Source: Gammaproteobacteria bacterium
GTDB taxonomy: Bacteria; Pseudomonadota; Gammaproteobacteria; Ga0077554; Ga007554
Assembly (NCBI GenBank): GCA_021731145.1
Contig: JAKFXX010000005.1
Coordinates: 18,821 to 82,820, forward strand
Length of the DNA: 64,000 nucleotides
Reading direction: 5' to 3'
The translations under genes and the position numbers were made by a program. Shown here in pieces: positions 48,319-57,580 of this stretch. The notes under the pieces are model-generated. The model ran no database searches, was not told where the DNA came from, and saw only the letters and a list, made by a program, of their open reading frames with translations. Position 1 is the stretch's first letter; each line of letters starts with the position of its first letter.

Positions 48319-49704
48319 TTATTTTGTCACCACCCGCAACCCTGCTTGCACTGGCACAAACCCGATTCCGGCCTGCTCCAATATCCACGCTTCAATCTTG
48401 ACGTGCCACAGGTGCAGCAAGTCGAGTTCACGCTGTATGTAGTGCTTTTCTGCAATGGCGCTTGGCTTGTGCCCCATGATTTGCGCAACGATTCCAGTGG
48501 GGACTTCCACCCACTCAGACAAGGTGCCAAAGGAACGGCGCAAACCATGCAGGGACAGCGCGGGAAGTGCAGCAGCATTCAATGCCTTGACGTGTTGAAT
48601 GCGCGGTTCCTCTATCCTTCCCGATGCGGCGGTGGGGCTTGAGAATACATATTCATTGCGGCGCGGCAGTGCGGATATTAAATGCTCCAGGTAGGGTGTC
48701 AGCGGAATGGTGCGCTCGCCTTCCACTTTGTCGCGGATGGTTAAACTTTTCCACTGAAAGCCAACATCGCACCAACACAGCGTGGCCAGTTCGTTGCGGC
48801 GTGCGCCTGTCAATAACAGGCCTTGCAGATAGGCAGCAATTACCGGGTTCCCAATCTTTCGCACCGCTTCAAACCATGGCTTGATTTGCGCACGTCTCAG
48901 GCTGTCATTTTTCTTGATTTGTGGTGAAGGAACCTTCTTTCTCACGTCATCAGACTGGCACGCATCAGCGTGAACGGCGGCGCGGTAGCTGTCTTGCTTG
49001 GCGCACCATGTAAGGAAGGCACGCAAAAAGCGGAAGGCTTTGGCGGCAGAGGTCGGGGCTTGTTTGATTTCCTTGGCTAACCATGCCGCAATGGCCTTTG
49101 CGTCCAAGTCAATTAGGCGCATTGTCATCAGTGGCACCAACATGCCGGGGCGTGTTTTTTTAGATTCGCCGGGGCGGCTTCCACGTTTGCGCTTTACCCC
49201 ACCGGCTTGAACAAAATAAGCGTGGTGCGCTTTATGTCTTTCGCCCCATTCAGGCTTACCGTCAACGATAGAGGCGCTACGCTCTGCAATATAGGCTTGC
49301 CATGCTTCGGCCACGGTCACGGATTCGCGCGCCTCCTGCACCACCAGCGCGGCGGCTTGCGCCTCCTTGGCTAACTTCGCAGCTTTCTTGCTGGCTTCAT
49401 TCTCTGCTACCACTTGGCGCGGGTCATTGCCTTGGTCTATCAAGACTTGAAGGCGGCGGGCTTCGGTTTGGGCGGCATCAATACTCCATGCCTTCACCTT
49501 GCCAATCGTAACGCGCATTGTTTGCCCGTTTACCTTGGCTTGGAAAATGTAACGCTTGCGGGCCAGTGGGTCGCTATCTTTCGCGCCACCTGTCGCACGC
49601 ACCCCCAGCCCCGGCACTTCGGCACACCATAGGAAGGCTTGGGATTTACCTTCATCGCACTTAAAGCCTGCAATCCGTCCGGCTGTTAGTTTGACCTTTG
49701 CCAT
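48319..49704 (-). CDS. int: P4-type tyrosine integrase
   Basis: 461 aa. N-terminal DUF4102-like arm-binding region. Catalytic region ends HGLRRSFGT...GHKPSAIAEKHYIQ (R...HxxR...Y). Adjacent to attR. Confidence 0.85.
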   Translation of the reverse strand: MAKVKLTAGRIAGFKCDEGKSQAFLWCAEVPGLGVRATGGAKDSDPLARKRYIFQAKVNGQTMRVTIGKVKAWSIDAAQTEARRLQVLIDQGNDPRQVVAENEASKKAAKLAKEAQAAALVVQEARESVTVAEAWQAYIAERSASIVDGKPEWGERHKAHHAYFVQAGGVKRKRGSRPGESKKTRPGMLVPLMTMRLIDLDAKAIAAWLAKEIKQAPTSAAKAFRFLRAFLTWCAKQDSYRAAVHADACQSDDVRKKVPSPQIKKNDSLRRAQIKPWFEAVRKIGNPVIAAYLQGLLLTGARRNELATLCWCDVGFQWKSLTIRDKVEGERTIPLTPYLEHLISALPRRNEYVFSSPTAASGRIEEPRIQHVKALNAAALPALSLHGLRRSFGTLSEWVEVPTGIVAQIMGHKPSAIAEKHYIQRELDLLHLWHVKIEAWILEQAGIGFVPVQAGLRVVTK

Positions 49705-49878
49705 GATGCGCCCTTTTTTGTAACCAATTTGTAACCACGTTTTCAGTATATCGCGGCATACCTATCAACACAACAAACAAGGGTATTTTTAATAACTAAT
49801 TGTTTTAATTGGAAACATGATTTTTGCGGAATGGCAATCAACGGTAAAGTATGCTTATTTTTTAAGCATTTTCACGCA

Positions 49879-49927
49879 CTCCTAAGGGGAAGGTCGTACG
49901 TTCAAATCGTATCCGGGGCACCAATAA
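49879..49927 (+). repeat. attR: 49-nt direct repeat of the tRNA-Arg 3' end; overlaps the last 8 codons and stop of the hydrogenase protease gene
   Basis: ctcctaaggggaaggtcgtacgttcaaatcgtatccggggcaccaataa. Positions 49902-49927 encode ...IIGAPDTI* on the minus strand. Confidence 0.8.
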
Positions 49928-50387
49928 TCGGCAAAAGTTCTTCTTTGATCCGCTCCACCAACATGGGCAACGCCCCGGCAGTTTCGGGCGTTAAAGTGTC
50001 GCATGGCTCAAGGTTGCACGCCTCCACGCCGTAGAGCACCAGTCTCGCTGGCAGCATCCCCAGCGTTCCACCCAGCGCCAGGCTTTCGGCCACACCAAAA
50101 CCATGGCTGGAGAGCAACGCCGCCTCCATCTCGATCTCTTCATCCTGCAAGCGGCGGATTGTGCCGGGCACGGCGCCGCTGCGCATGGCATCAATGAGAA
50201 TGACGTGGGCGGCGCCCTCCATGAGCATGAGCAATCCGCTGGCCGGCCGGTCACAGGTTTGCACACTCACCAGACCTTGCGGAAAACGCCCCAGCAACCC
50301 CGATCCGCGGATAGCCTCGACCGCCTCCCAACCAAGCTGATCGTCACCGAAGGGCGAACCGATGCCGATGATGCGGATCGGCGTCAT
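49902..50387 (-). CDS. NiFe-hydrogenase maturation endopeptidase (HoxW/HycI/HybD family)
   Basis: 161 aa. IRIIGIGSPFGDDQLGWEA...VILIDAM is the hydrogenase protease signature. ATGA-type overlap with the large-subunit gene. Confidence 0.8.
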   Translation of the reverse strand: MTPIRIIGIGSPFGDDQLGWEAVEAIRGSGLLGRFPQGLVSVQTCDRPASGLLMLMEGAAHVILIDAMRSGAVPGTIRRLQDEEIEMEAALLSSHGFGVAESLALGGTLGMLPARLVLYGVEACNLEPCDTLTPETAGALPMLVERIKEELLPIIGAPDTI

Positions 50388-51682
50388 GGGCGGCTTACGG
50401 CAAGCTTTAGAAAATGCGTAGCGCAGGAAATGCAGGGGTCGTAGTTTCTGATCACCGTCTCGGCGCGGCGGCGCAGCTCTTCATCGCTGCTGGCAAGCCC
50501 GAAAGCATCCAGTGACCGGCGCAGATCCTCTTCGATGCGCGCCTGATTCTGGCTGGTGGGCGGCACGATGCGTGCGCTTGTGATCAGACCCTGCTCGTCG
50601 GTTTCATAGCGGTGCCAGAGTATGCCGCGCGGCGCCTCGGTGCAACCATACCCAACACCCGCGCGCGGCACTACGGGAACATAAGGTGCAAATGGATATT
50701 CATAGCCTTCCAGCAATCGCACTGCCTCGCTCAGGGCATAGTAAACCTCGATGGCGCGCGCCACAATGCTGTGGAACATGTTGCTACTGGGGAAGGCAAT
50801 GCCCGTCGCCTGTACAGCGCGCGTCACCTGTTCCGGAAGTTTGTCCAGATTGAGATTGAGGCGTGCCAGCGGCCCCACCAGATAAGGCTGGTCATGCAAC
50901 AAGCTGTGCAACGCAGTGGAATGCGGCACCTGGAATTCGCGGAAGTGATGCTGGTATTCGGCAACCGGAATATCCAGACCAGCGCTTGAGACGATGCGGC
51001 CTTCGTTCATGGGGTATTCATCGGTGTGGCGCAGGGCGACGCTGGTAAAGGTCTGGTCGTCCCGAGGCAGGTTCAGCGAGGCCGTCCAGGCGACTAGCGC
51101 CTCGGCATCGGGCAAGGCGCAGCGTAGTTTTTCCAGTAGCGCACTCACGTCTTGCTGATCCGGCGCACGGTAAAATCCGCCGACGCGCACGCCCACTGGA
51201 TGCACCGAGCGCCCGCCGAACAGCCGGATAATGGCGTTGCCCAACCCTTGCAGGCGCAGGCCACGGCGCACCTCATCAGGATAATCGCGCGCCATGGCGA
51301 TGGCGTTGTCATAGCCCAGAAAATCCGGCGCGGCCAACAGGTGAATATGCAGGCTGTGGCTTTCCATCCACTCGCCACAATACAACACCCGGCGCATGGC
51401 GCGTACCCAAGAACCGGGCTGCGCACCGAAAATGCCCTCCAGGGCATGCACCGCGCTCATCTGGTAGGCCACCGGGCAGATGCCGCAAATGCGCGCCACC
51501 ATGTCCGGCACTTCATTGTAATCGCGCCCTTCCAGAAACTTCTCGAACAGACGCGGCGGTTCGTAGATACGCAGCTTCAGGTCGGCGATGTGACCGTCGC
51601 GGATGGCGATGTCGAGCGCGCCCTCGCCTTCTACACGCGCCAGCACCGGCACATGGATGTTGATTTCACGGTTTTCCGCCAT
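50384..51682 (-). CDS. NiFe hydrogenase large (alpha) subunit, cytoplasmic group 3 type
   Basis: N-terminal RICGICPVAY and C-terminal DPCISCATH nickel-binding motifs. Start set at MAENREINIHVPVLARVEGEG. The track ORF begins at 51733. Confidence 0.85.
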   Translation of the reverse strand: MAENREINIHVPVLARVEGEGALDIAIRDGHIADLKLRIYEPPRLFEKFLEGRDYNEVPDMVARICGICPVAYQMSAVHALEGIFGAQPGSWVRAMRRVLYCGEWMESHSLHIHLLAAPDFLGYDNAIAMARDYPDEVRRGLRLQGLGNAIIRLFGGRSVHPVGVRVGGFYRAPDQQDVSALLEKLRCALPDAEALVAWTASLNLPRDDQTFTSVALRHTDEYPMNEGRIVSSAGLDIPVAEYQHHFREFQVPHSTALHSLLHDQPYLVGPLARLNLNLDKLPEQVTRAVQATGIAFPSSNMFHSIVARAIEVYYALSEAVRLLEGYEYPFAPYVPVVPRAGVGYGCTEAPRGILWHRYETDEQGLITSARIVPPTSQNQARIEEDLRRSLDAFGLASSDEELRRRAETVIRNYDPCISCATHFLKLAVSRP

Positions 51683-52460
51683 GCGCCTCTCCCTTGGCGC
51701 GCAACCCTGCTTCATGGAAGGCGGGTGCGGCATTATTGATAAACAGGAAGCGCCTGGCGATATCGTCCGGCGCTAACCCCAGCCCCTCCAGGCGCCGCGC
51801 AATGCCTAACGTGTTGGGGTTCTCGGCAGGGCCGTAACAGGCATAGCAATCCCGCCCGAAAGCCGGACACAACGCACCGCAGCCGGTACGCGTCACCGGC
51901 CCCATACAGGGGATGCCCTTGGCAACCATCACGCACACGGTTTGGTTACGTTTGCATTCCATGCACACTTTATCCTGCTCCTCCACTGGCACCACACCGA
52001 AGAGCAATGCCCGCAACGCGCCCAGCACCTGACGGCTGCTGACCGGACAGCCCCACAGCTCCAGATCGACCTTGATGTGGCTGGCGATGGACGTCACCGT
52101 GGCCAGGCTGTGGATATATTCAGGCTGGGCGTATACCGCAGCGATCCATTTGCCACCATCCGCCAGATTACGCAGCGCCTGTACGCCACCCGCAGTTGCA
52201 CAGGCTCCCAAAGTCACCACAAAACGGCTATTCGCACGCACCTGTTGGATACGCGCTACCTCGTCAGGCGTAGAGATACTGCCTTCCACGAAAGCGATAT
52301 CCACTTTGGCGTGCGGTTCTACCGGACCCGCTTCGGCAAAATGCACGAAATCGACCCGCTCCGCCACGCGCAGCAGATCCTCGCCGAGATTCAAAAACGC
52401 GAGCTGGCATCCATCGCAGGAGCTGAATTTGTGAACTGCAACCTTGGGTTTCCCGCTCAT
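51666..52460 (-). CDS. NiFe hydrogenase small (delta) subunit
   Basis: Cys pattern of the NuoB-like small subunit (SCDGCQ...GACATAGG...WGCP...CMEC...GCGALCP). Confidence 0.8.
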   Translation of the reverse strand: MSGKPKVAVHKFSSCDGCQLAFLNLGEDLLRVAERVDFVHFAEAGPVEPHAKVDIAFVEGSISTPDEVARIQQVRANSRFVVTLGACATAGGVQALRNLADGGKWIAAVYAQPEYIHSLATVTSIASHIKVDLELWGCPVSSRQVLGALRALLFGVVPVEEQDKVCMECKRNQTVCVMVAKGIPCMGPVTRTGCGALCPAFGRDCYACYGPAENPNTLGIARRLEGLGLAPDDIARRFLFINNAAPAFHEAGLRAKGEAHGGKP

Positions 52461-52461
52461 C

Positions 52462-53412
52462 TCAAAAGCCTCTTACACCCAGCAGTTCTTTAATCTGGGA
52501 ATAGGCAAACACCGGCCCCTGTCGACAGATAAAACTCGTGCCAAACATGCAATGCCCGCATTGGCCGATGGCGCATTGCATGTTGCGTTCCATGCTTAGA
52601 TAGATGCTGTCCTCAGCAAGTCCACGCTCCGTCAGGTTACGCACCGCCGCGCGCATCATGCCTTCCGGCCCGCACATCATCGCCACGGTGCGCTCCGGCA
52701 TAATCTCCATTTGATCGAATACCTCCGTCACCAAACCGACATGCCACGGCCAAAGCGGACCGCCATGATCGGCAGCGAGCAGCACTTGGGTATCGGGCAG
52801 GGTATTCCAATAGGCATAACGTTCACGCCAGATCAGCTCCTCGGCATGCTTTACTCCCTGAATCACCGTGAGCCTGCCAAACCGCTCGCGGCGCATGATG
52901 ATGTAATTGATCACAGCCACCACCGGCGCGCAACCCAAACCACCCGTGACGACCACAATGTCCTTACCCTCTGCCTCCGCCGTGCAGGGATGCACAAGTG
53001 CTGGTCGCTTCCAGCATCCTGCTTCTGGCGACACTTGTGCATCCCTGCACGGCGCAGGAGGCACGATGCCAGGAGCGGCCGCCAGCGGCCAACCGCGCCC
53101 ATACGGCCCACGCAGACCCAGCCGCTCACCCACATTGAGGCGGGAAAGCCCCTCCGTCACCCGCCCCACGGCACGGATGGTGTGCCCGAGCAGGTTTGTA
53201 TCCTGCGGATCGGACGCAATCGAAATCGGTATTTCGCCTACCCCGTACAGATACACCATGTTGAATTGACCCGGCGCAAAGCGATAAGCCTTGCGTGCTT
53301 CATCGTCAACAAGGCGCAGGCGCAAAGTAAAAATCGTGGGCGACTCCTGGATGCGCTCAACGACTTCCGCCTCCCAGGGCAAATGAGGATTCATGTTGCC
53401 ACCCCGCTGCAA
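52462..53412 (-). CDS. hydrogenase gamma subunit (FAD/NAD(P)-binding oxidoreductase with C-terminal 2Fe-2S motif)
   Basis: FNR-like fold (RFAPGQFNMV...GPYG...VTGGLGCAPV) and C-terminal CAIGQCGHCMFG. Contains a ~24-codon insertion encoded by a perfect palindrome. Confidence 0.75.
   Translation of the reverse strand: MQRGGNMNPHLPWEAEVVERIQESPTIFTLRLRLVDDEARKAYRFAPGQFNMVYLYGVGEIPISIASDPQDTNLLGHTIRAVGRVTEGLSRLNVGERLGLRGPYGRGWPLAAAPGIVPPAPCRDAQVSPEAGCWKRPALVHPCTAEAEGKDIVVVTGGLGCAPVVAVINYIIMRRERFGRLTVIQGVKHAEELIWRERYAYWNTLPDTQVLLAADHGGPLWPWHVGLVTEVFDQMEIMPERTVAMMCGPEGMMRAAVRNLTERGLAEDSIYLSMERNMQCAIGQCGHCMFGTSFICRQGPVFAYSQIKELLGVRGF
52978..53054. repeat. perfect 23-bp inverted repeat with 31-nt spacer, embedded in-frame in the gamma-subunit gene
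   Basis: Left arm ccgccgtgcagggatgcacaagtg, right arm cacttgtgcatccctgcacggcg (RC-identical). Encodes PCRDAQV-SPEAGCWKRP-ALVHPCT between the conserved GPYG and VTGGLG motifs. Confidence 0.6.
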
Positions 53413-54521
53413 ATGGCCGTCGCCTCCTCAGTAATGTCGATACCCGTCGGACACCAGGTAACACAACGCCCACACCCCACACAGCCGCTGCGTCCGTATT
53501 GCTCGTGCCAACTGCCAAGCTTGTGGGTCAGCCACTGGCGATAGCGTGTCCGGGTATCGCTGCGCACCACGACACCATGAATATAACTGTGCCCACGGGT
53601 AAAACAGGAATCCCACTCGCGCGAATGTTCTGCATTGTCGCCATCGAGACTGGGTTGCTCGATCGCACTGGAACAAAAACAGGTAGGACAAACCGATGTG
53701 CAATTGCCGCATGACAGACAGCGCTCCGCCACCTCTTCCCAGCGCGGATGCTCAAGATTGGCAAACAAGGCATCGCGTAAATTACGTCCCGGCAGGCGGC
53801 GGGACTGCGAACGGGCGGCATGGGCAATCTCATCCTCCGCCTGCGCAATCTGTTCCGCTGCCGCCACTGAACATTCAAGCGCATCGAGCAACACCTTACC
53901 GCGCACACTCCCCGCCTCCGCGACAAAACCGTCATCAAGCTCAGAAAGTGCAATATCAAAACCACGCGTGGCGCGCGGCCCGTCGCCCGTCGAAACGCAA
54001 AAGCACGTCGCAGCCGGATGGCTACAATGAACCGCCACGACAAAAAGATTGTCCCGCCGTTGGGCATAAGCAGGGTCGGGATAGGCACCACCTAAAAAAT
54101 GTTGATCCTGCAAGGCAAGCGCCGCCAAATCGCAGGCACGCACGCCGATCACCGCAATCGGTTTGACATCCGGTTGCACTTCACGAAAAGTAAGGCGTCC
54201 TTTGTCATCACGCACCACACGCCATAAAGCCTCGCGCGGCGCAAACAGAAAGGGCTTGAGCGCCTGCGGCCCATTGGCCCAAGCGAACTGGCGCGGGCTC
54301 GATACCTGCTCAGCACTATATTCACCCGGCGCCTGTCGATCATGCACCCCCTGCGGCAGCGCAGCCGTCTCAGCCAAGGTTTCGTAGACGATCACGCCTT
54401 CCTTGAGCCGTGGACCGACACAGAGGAAACCACTGCCGGTCAGCGCATCAAGCACACGCTGAAGCGCATCGCGCGGTAGAAATACCCGGCTTACATCAGG
54501 CGCACCCTCCAGCATCGTCAC
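53391..54521 (-). CDS. hydrogenase beta subunit (4Fe-4S dicluster protein, sulfhydrogenase HydB-like)
   Basis: CxxCxxCxxxCP motifs (CLSCGNCTSVCPTCFC; CVGCGRCVTWCPTGI). First gene of the four-subunit operon. Confidence 0.7.
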   Translation of the reverse strand: MTMLEGAPDVSRVFLPRDALQRVLDALTGSGFLCVGPRLKEGVIVYETLAETAALPQGVHDRQAPGEYSAEQVSSPRQFAWANGPQALKPFLFAPREALWRVVRDDKGRLTFREVQPDVKPIAVIGVRACDLAALALQDQHFLGGAYPDPAYAQRRDNLFVVAVHCSHPAATCFCVSTGDGPRATRGFDIALSELDDGFVAEAGSVRGKVLLDALECSVAAAEQIAQAEDEIAHAARSQSRRLPGRNLRDALFANLEHPRWEEVAERCLSCGNCTSVCPTCFCSSAIEQPSLDGDNAEHSREWDSCFTRGHSYIHGVVVRSDTRTRYRQWLTHKLGSWHEQYGRSGCVGCGRCVTWCPTGIDITEEATAICSGVAT

Positions 54522-54591
54522 ACCTCCTCAGTTACCCTTCATTTATATAGGCTATCATACAATTATCCTGACACCACCAAGGAGTCCACCC

Positions 54592-54930
54592 ATGCACGAA
54601 TCTTCAATTTGCCGCGGCCTGCTGCAACAAGTCGAAACCCTGGCGCATGAACAAAACGCAGCATCTATTAAGCGCATCACCGTGAGGCTCGGGCCACTGT
54701 CCGGCATCACACCCTGGCAACTCGAAGAAGCCTACAACCATACACGCCAGGGCACCACAGCAGAATACGCTGAACTCATCATCGAACACGCCCCTATCCG
54801 CGTAAAATGCAAGCAATGCAATGCGGAAAGCGAAGTCACCCTGGATGATTTAAACTGCACCCACTGCGGCGACAGCCAAACGACCTTGCTTTCAGGTGAA
54901 GAATTGATACTGGTCGGGATTACGGTGTGA
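54592..54930 (+). CDS. hypA: hydrogenase nickel-insertion protein HypA
   Basis: 112 aa. MHE..ICRGLL N-terminus and CKQC...CTHCG zinc site. Confidence 0.85.
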   Translation: MHESSICRGLLQQVETLAHEQNAASIKRITVRLGPLSGITPWQLEEAYNHTRQGTTAEYAELIIEHAPIRVKCKQCNAESEVTLDDLNCTHCGDSQTTLLSGEELILVGITV

Positions 54931-57242
54931 CAATAGAGACACAACGACTGCGCCTGCAATTGTGCGGCGTGGTGCAGGGTGTGGGGTTTCGGCCGTTTGT
55001 CTATCGTCTGGCGGTGGAATTGGGGCTTGCCGGCTGGGCGGCCAACACTGCGCAGGGTTTGACTATCGAGGTGGAAGGCACCACGGACGCGATTGACCGC
55101 TTTCTCGAACGGCTGGTGCGGGAAAAACCACCGCACGCGATTATTCAGCAACAGGAAACAATGTTCATCGAAGTTGGCGGTGACACGGGCTTCACGCTGC
55201 GCGAGAGCTTTGCCGAAAGGAGCGTGGATCGTCACGCGTTGATCTTGCCAGACCTGGCGGCCTGCCCGGATTGCATCAAGGAAATCTTTGATGCTGACAA
55301 CCGCCGTTACCGTTATCCTTTCACCAATTGCACCCAATGCGGCCCGCGCTACAGCATCATCACGGCACTGCCTTATGATCGCGCCCATACCACCCTGCGG
55401 CATTTCGCTCTGTGCCCGGCCTGCACGGCTGAATACAATGACCCGCATGACCGGCGCTTTCATGCCCAGCCCATCGCCTGCCCACACTGCGGCCCCCAGC
55501 TTGCGTTGTGGAATAGAGCAGGAGCACCTCTGGCATCAGGCAACAAAGCCTTGCTCAATGCGGCAGAGGCGATTCGCGCGGGTGCAATCGTAGCCATGAA
55601 GGGCTTGGGCGGTTTTCATCTCATGGTCGACGCGCGCAACGAGGCGGCTGTGCGCCGCTTGCGTGATCGCAAACAACGCAAGAGTAAACCGTTTGCCGTG
55701 ATGTTCTCTACCTTGGACGGGATCAAAGCGCACTGTGAGGTGTCGGGCATTGAAGAGCATCTGCTGCTATCAGCGGCAAGCCCTATCGTGCTGTTGAAGC
55801 GTCAGCACGGCGGGGACATTGCGTCTTCCGTTGCGCCAGAGAATCCCTATCTTGGCGTTATGTTGCCTTACACGCCGTTACATCATCTGCTGCTTGAAGA
55901 GCTTGGCTTTCCCGTGGCGGCGACCAGCGGCAACCTTTCCGGCGAGCCGATCTGCACCGATGAATTCGACGCACTTGATCGGCTGCGCGACATCGCCGAT
56001 TTTTTTCTGGTGCATGATCGCCCTATTGCCCGGCCCGTGGACGATTCCGTGGTGCGCGTGATGATGGGACGGGCGCTGATATTGCGCCGTGCGCGCGGTT
56101 ATGCGCCGCTGCCTATTGAGGTAGACACGCCTTTGCCTGCAATACTTGCCGTGGGTGGCCACTTAAAGAACACGGTGGCGCTCTCCTTAGGTAATAGCAT
56201 TATACTCAGCCAGCCGGTCGGCGACCTTGGAACGACACAGGCTGCTAAGGCGCTGGGAAAAACCGTGGCCGATCTTAACGGGCTTTATGCCGCAACACCC
56301 TGTACTGTCGCCTGCGACGCCCATCCCGACTACTATTCCTCGCAGTTTGCAAACGGGCTGGGACTGCCGCTGATCGCCGTCCAACACCACTACGCCCATG
56401 TGCTATCCTGCATGGCGGATAACCGACTGGACGAGCCGGTGCTGGGGGTGGCGTGGGACGGCACGGGCCTGGGAACAGACGGCACACTGTGGGGCGGGGA
56501 GTTTTTGCGGGTGACGGCAGCAGGTTTTGAGCGGGCAGCTCATATGCGCACATTTATGCTGCCCGGCGCGGACCAGGCAATCAGGCAGCCGCGCCGTGCC
56601 GCCCTGGGACTACTTTATGAGCTTTTCCGCGACGATCTGATTACGATGAATGGACTCGCACCGATGAATGCCTTCGCACCGACGGAACTGGGGGTTCTGC
56701 GGCGCATGATGGAACGGGGCATCAACACGCCGCGCACCTCCAGCGCCGGGCGCCTGTTCGATGCAGTCAGCGCGTTGCTTGGCTTGTGTCAGATCAGCGA
56801 CTTTGAAGGGCAGGCGGCCATGGCACTGGAGTTCGCGGCACAGGCCCATGGCGCGGCAGACGAGGCGTATCCCTTCCGGCTCGAACAGCAGATATCCCCG
56901 CTCGTGGTGGATTGGGGGCCAATGATTCACGGCATCCTTGATGATCTGAAAAATGCCCTGTCAACAGGACGAATCGCCGTGAAATTTCACAACACCCTGG
57001 CCGACATCATCGCCACAGTTGCCACAACTCTCGGAGAGACACGCGTGGTATTAACCGGCGGCTGCTTTCAAAATAGCTATTTAACCTGTCGCACGGTAGA
57101 ACGGTTGCGCGCCGTCGGCTGCACGCCCTACTGGCACCAGCATGTTCCGCCAAATGACGGCGGGCTGGCGCTGGGGCAGATCATCGCTGCGGCGCGTGTG
57201 TTAAACTCAGATTGTCCCACGCCCCAAAATCGTTCGCCCTGA
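54927..57242 (+). CDS. hypF: carbamoyltransferase HypF
   Basis: 771 aa. Acylphosphatase domain, two CxxC zinc fingers, YrdC and Kae1-like domains. GTGA overlap with hypA. Confidence 0.9.
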   Translation: MTIETQRLRLQLCGVVQGVGFRPFVYRLAVELGLAGWAANTAQGLTIEVEGTTDAIDRFLERLVREKPPHAIIQQQETMFIEVGGDTGFTLRESFAERSVDRHALILPDLAACPDCIKEIFDADNRRYRYPFTNCTQCGPRYSIITALPYDRAHTTLRHFALCPACTAEYNDPHDRRFHAQPIACPHCGPQLALWNRAGAPLASGNKALLNAAEAIRAGAIVAMKGLGGFHLMVDARNEAAVRRLRDRKQRKSKPFAVMFSTLDGIKAHCEVSGIEEHLLLSAASPIVLLKRQHGGDIASSVAPENPYLGVMLPYTPLHHLLLEELGFPVAATSGNLSGEPICTDEFDALDRLRDIADFFLVHDRPIARPVDDSVVRVMMGRALILRRARGYAPLPIEVDTPLPAILAVGGHLKNTVALSLGNSIILSQPVGDLGTTQAAKALGKTVADLNGLYAATPCTVACDAHPDYYSSQFANGLGLPLIAVQHHYAHVLSCMADNRLDEPVLGVAWDGTGLGTDGTLWGGEFLRVTAAGFERAAHMRTFMLPGADQAIRQPRRAALGLLYELFRDDLITMNGLAPMNAFAPTELGVLRRMMERGINTPRTSSAGRLFDAVSALLGLCQISDFEGQAAMALEFAAQAHGAADEAYPFRLEQQISPLVVDWGPMIHGILDDLKNALSTGRIAVKFHNTLADIIATVATTLGETRVVLTGGCFQNSYLTCRTVERLRAVGCTPYWHQHVPPNDGGLALGQIIAAARVLNSDCPTPQNRSP

Positions 57243-57300
57243 GCCTGTCGAAGGGCCGTTCATGGTTCGACAAGCTCACCACGAACGGCGGTGTGCACTC
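57243..57300. repeat. REP-like hairpin (gagcctgtcgaagggccgttcatgg...cgaacgg) shared with the flgH-flgI composite element
   Basis: The same gagcctgtcgaggggccgttcatg motif ends the element at ~30115-30140. Could also serve as the hypF terminator. Confidence 0.35.
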
Positions 57301-57340
57301 TATTTCGCCTAATGGTCAATCTGGGTTAAAGGAGTGAACC

Positions 57341-57580
57341 ATGTGTCTGGCTGTCCCCGGCAAGATTCTCAGCATAACCGATGAAGATGACGCCCTGCTG
57401 CGCTCCGCGCGGGTGAGTTTTGGGGGCATTGTTAAAGAGATTAGCCTCGCAGGTGTGCCCGAGGCAAAGCTCGGCGACTATGTCATCGTGCATGCCGGTT
57501 TCGCACTGGCCCGGCTCGATGAACAAGAGGCGCAGCGGGTGTTCACCACGCTACAGCAAATGGAAGGATCGTCTCGATGA
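57341..57580 (+). CDS. hypC: hydrogenase maturation factor HypC
   Basis: [10 protein letters not shown]-terminus. Confidence 0.85.
   Translation: MCLAVPGKILSITDEDDALLRSARVSFGGIVKEISLAGVPEAKLGDYVIVHAGFALARLDEQEAQRVFTTLQQMEGSSR

Larger units (their letters stand above)
42701..49927 (-). mobile_element. P4-like satellite / integrative element (~7.2 kb) inserted in tRNA-Arg
   Basis: Carries a P4-type tyrosine integrase, a DUF4258-like toxin with MqsA-like antitoxin, an unknown 195-aa ORF, AlpA, a split zinc-finger + Toprim/P4-family helicase primase, iteron clusters and two small ORFs. All genes are on one strand. No structural phage genes. Flanked by a 49-nt direct repeat. Confidence 0.7.

Noticed and set aside
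42701-49927. Possibility that the island is a complete prophage
   Set aside because: No terminase, capsid, portal, tail or lysis genes are present. Its size and gene content fit a satellite or integrative element.
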